NCBI GenBank assembly: GCA_964510585.1
Contig: CAZECW010000066.1
Span: 1 to 5,849 of the forward strand
Direction of reading: 5' to 3'
Length of the DNA stretch: 5,849 nucleotides
From: an uncultured archaeon
Lineage (GTDB): Archaea; Asgardarchaeota; Jordiarchaeia; Jordiarchaeales; Jordiarchaeaceae
The notes under the pieces were generated by a model. It ran no database searches. It worked only from the letters and a program-made list of their open reading frames with translations, and had not been told where the DNA came from. Each line of letters starts with the position of its first letter. Position 1 is the first letter of the stretch. Below, one piece after another: positions 5,598-5,849 of the stretch. The position numbers and the translations under genes were made by a program.

Positions 5598-5820
5598 AAG
5601 GAGTCTACTATCTATTATATGGTGATTTGTTTTTAGTCCTGATAACTTTAAATCCCGCTTCCATCCCCGGGAACCATCTTTTTGCACTCCCTGACTCTTC
5701 CGGGCGCGAAACCCCCCTTAAAACACAAGGCGGGTTAACCCCGCTTTCTCTCCACAAAACCGCTACGAAAATTAACACAAAAGAATATAAAATCAGCACA
5801 TTATAAAGGATAGACTCATT
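5598..5820. other. Non-coding GC-rich segment bounded by imperfect 28-bp inverted repeats (5601-5628 / 5790-5817); MITE-like element or structured RNA
   Basis: +5601-5628 GAGTCTACTATCTATTATATGGTGATTT vs the reverse complement of 5790-5817 GAGTCTATCCTTTATAATGTGCTGATTT gives 21/28 ungapped identity. The core (5654-5752) is GC-rich with hairpins, in AT-rich flanks. No target-site duplication was found. Confidence 0.35.
5626..5634 (+). terminator. Candidate oligo-T terminator of the TIM-barrel gene
   Basis: TTTGTTTTT about 50 nt after stop 5577; a second T5 run is at 5679-5683. Confidence 0.3.
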
Positions 5821-5849
5821 GCCTTAGTCGATATGTTAGCCTTGAAAAT

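Noticed and set aside
5645-5663. TTTAAATCCCGCTTCCA as a tRNA 3' fragment or att site
   Set aside because: No T-stem pairing, and no TTC in the loop.
5654-5742. Five G-tracts on the minus strand as a G-quadruplex
   Set aside because: Three of the four loops are 20-21 nt, too long for a canonical G4, and Watson-Crick hairpins compete.
5608-5799. 63-aa minus-strand ORF
   Set aside because: No motif or RBS; it starts inside a TATA-like AT-rich tract and crosses hairpin-rich sequence. It cannot be fully excluded as a small membrane peptide.
5833-5849. Possible leaderless gene start ATG 5833, 25 nt after TTATAAAG (5801-5808)
   Set aside because: Only five codons are visible, which is too little to support a CDS.

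Overview
Probably archaeal DNA (inferred from TTTATA/TTTAAA TATA boxes with BRE-like A-tracts, GGTGA-type ribosome-binding sites and TTG starts). It holds five credible genes: a GT-C-fold multi-pass glycosyltransferase (330-1853 +), a divergent DedA/VTT-like membrane protein (1875-2459 -), a tandem-domain GNAT acyltransferase (2613-3662 +), a family-4 [4Fe-4S] uracil-DNA glycosylase (3789-4388 +) and a metal-binding TIM-barrel of the sugar-phosphate isomerase/endonuclease IV fold (4717-5577 +). Positions 87-140 look like an IS608-type IS200/IS605 left end on the minus strand (TTAC site, AAAG guide, bulged hairpin); the element body would lie beyond the left edge. Three signals are not explained by the annotation. 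(1) The coding strand of every gene runs from G+T-rich at the 5' end to A+C-rich at the 3' end, including at third codon positions where checked. (2) A ~220-bp GC-rich non-coding segment at 5598-5820 is bounded by imperfect 28-bp inverted repeats. (3) Two gene pairings suggest testable functions: GT-C + DedA (lipid-carrier recycling) and UDG + EndoIV-fold (base-excision repair). All counts were done by hand and no database search was run.
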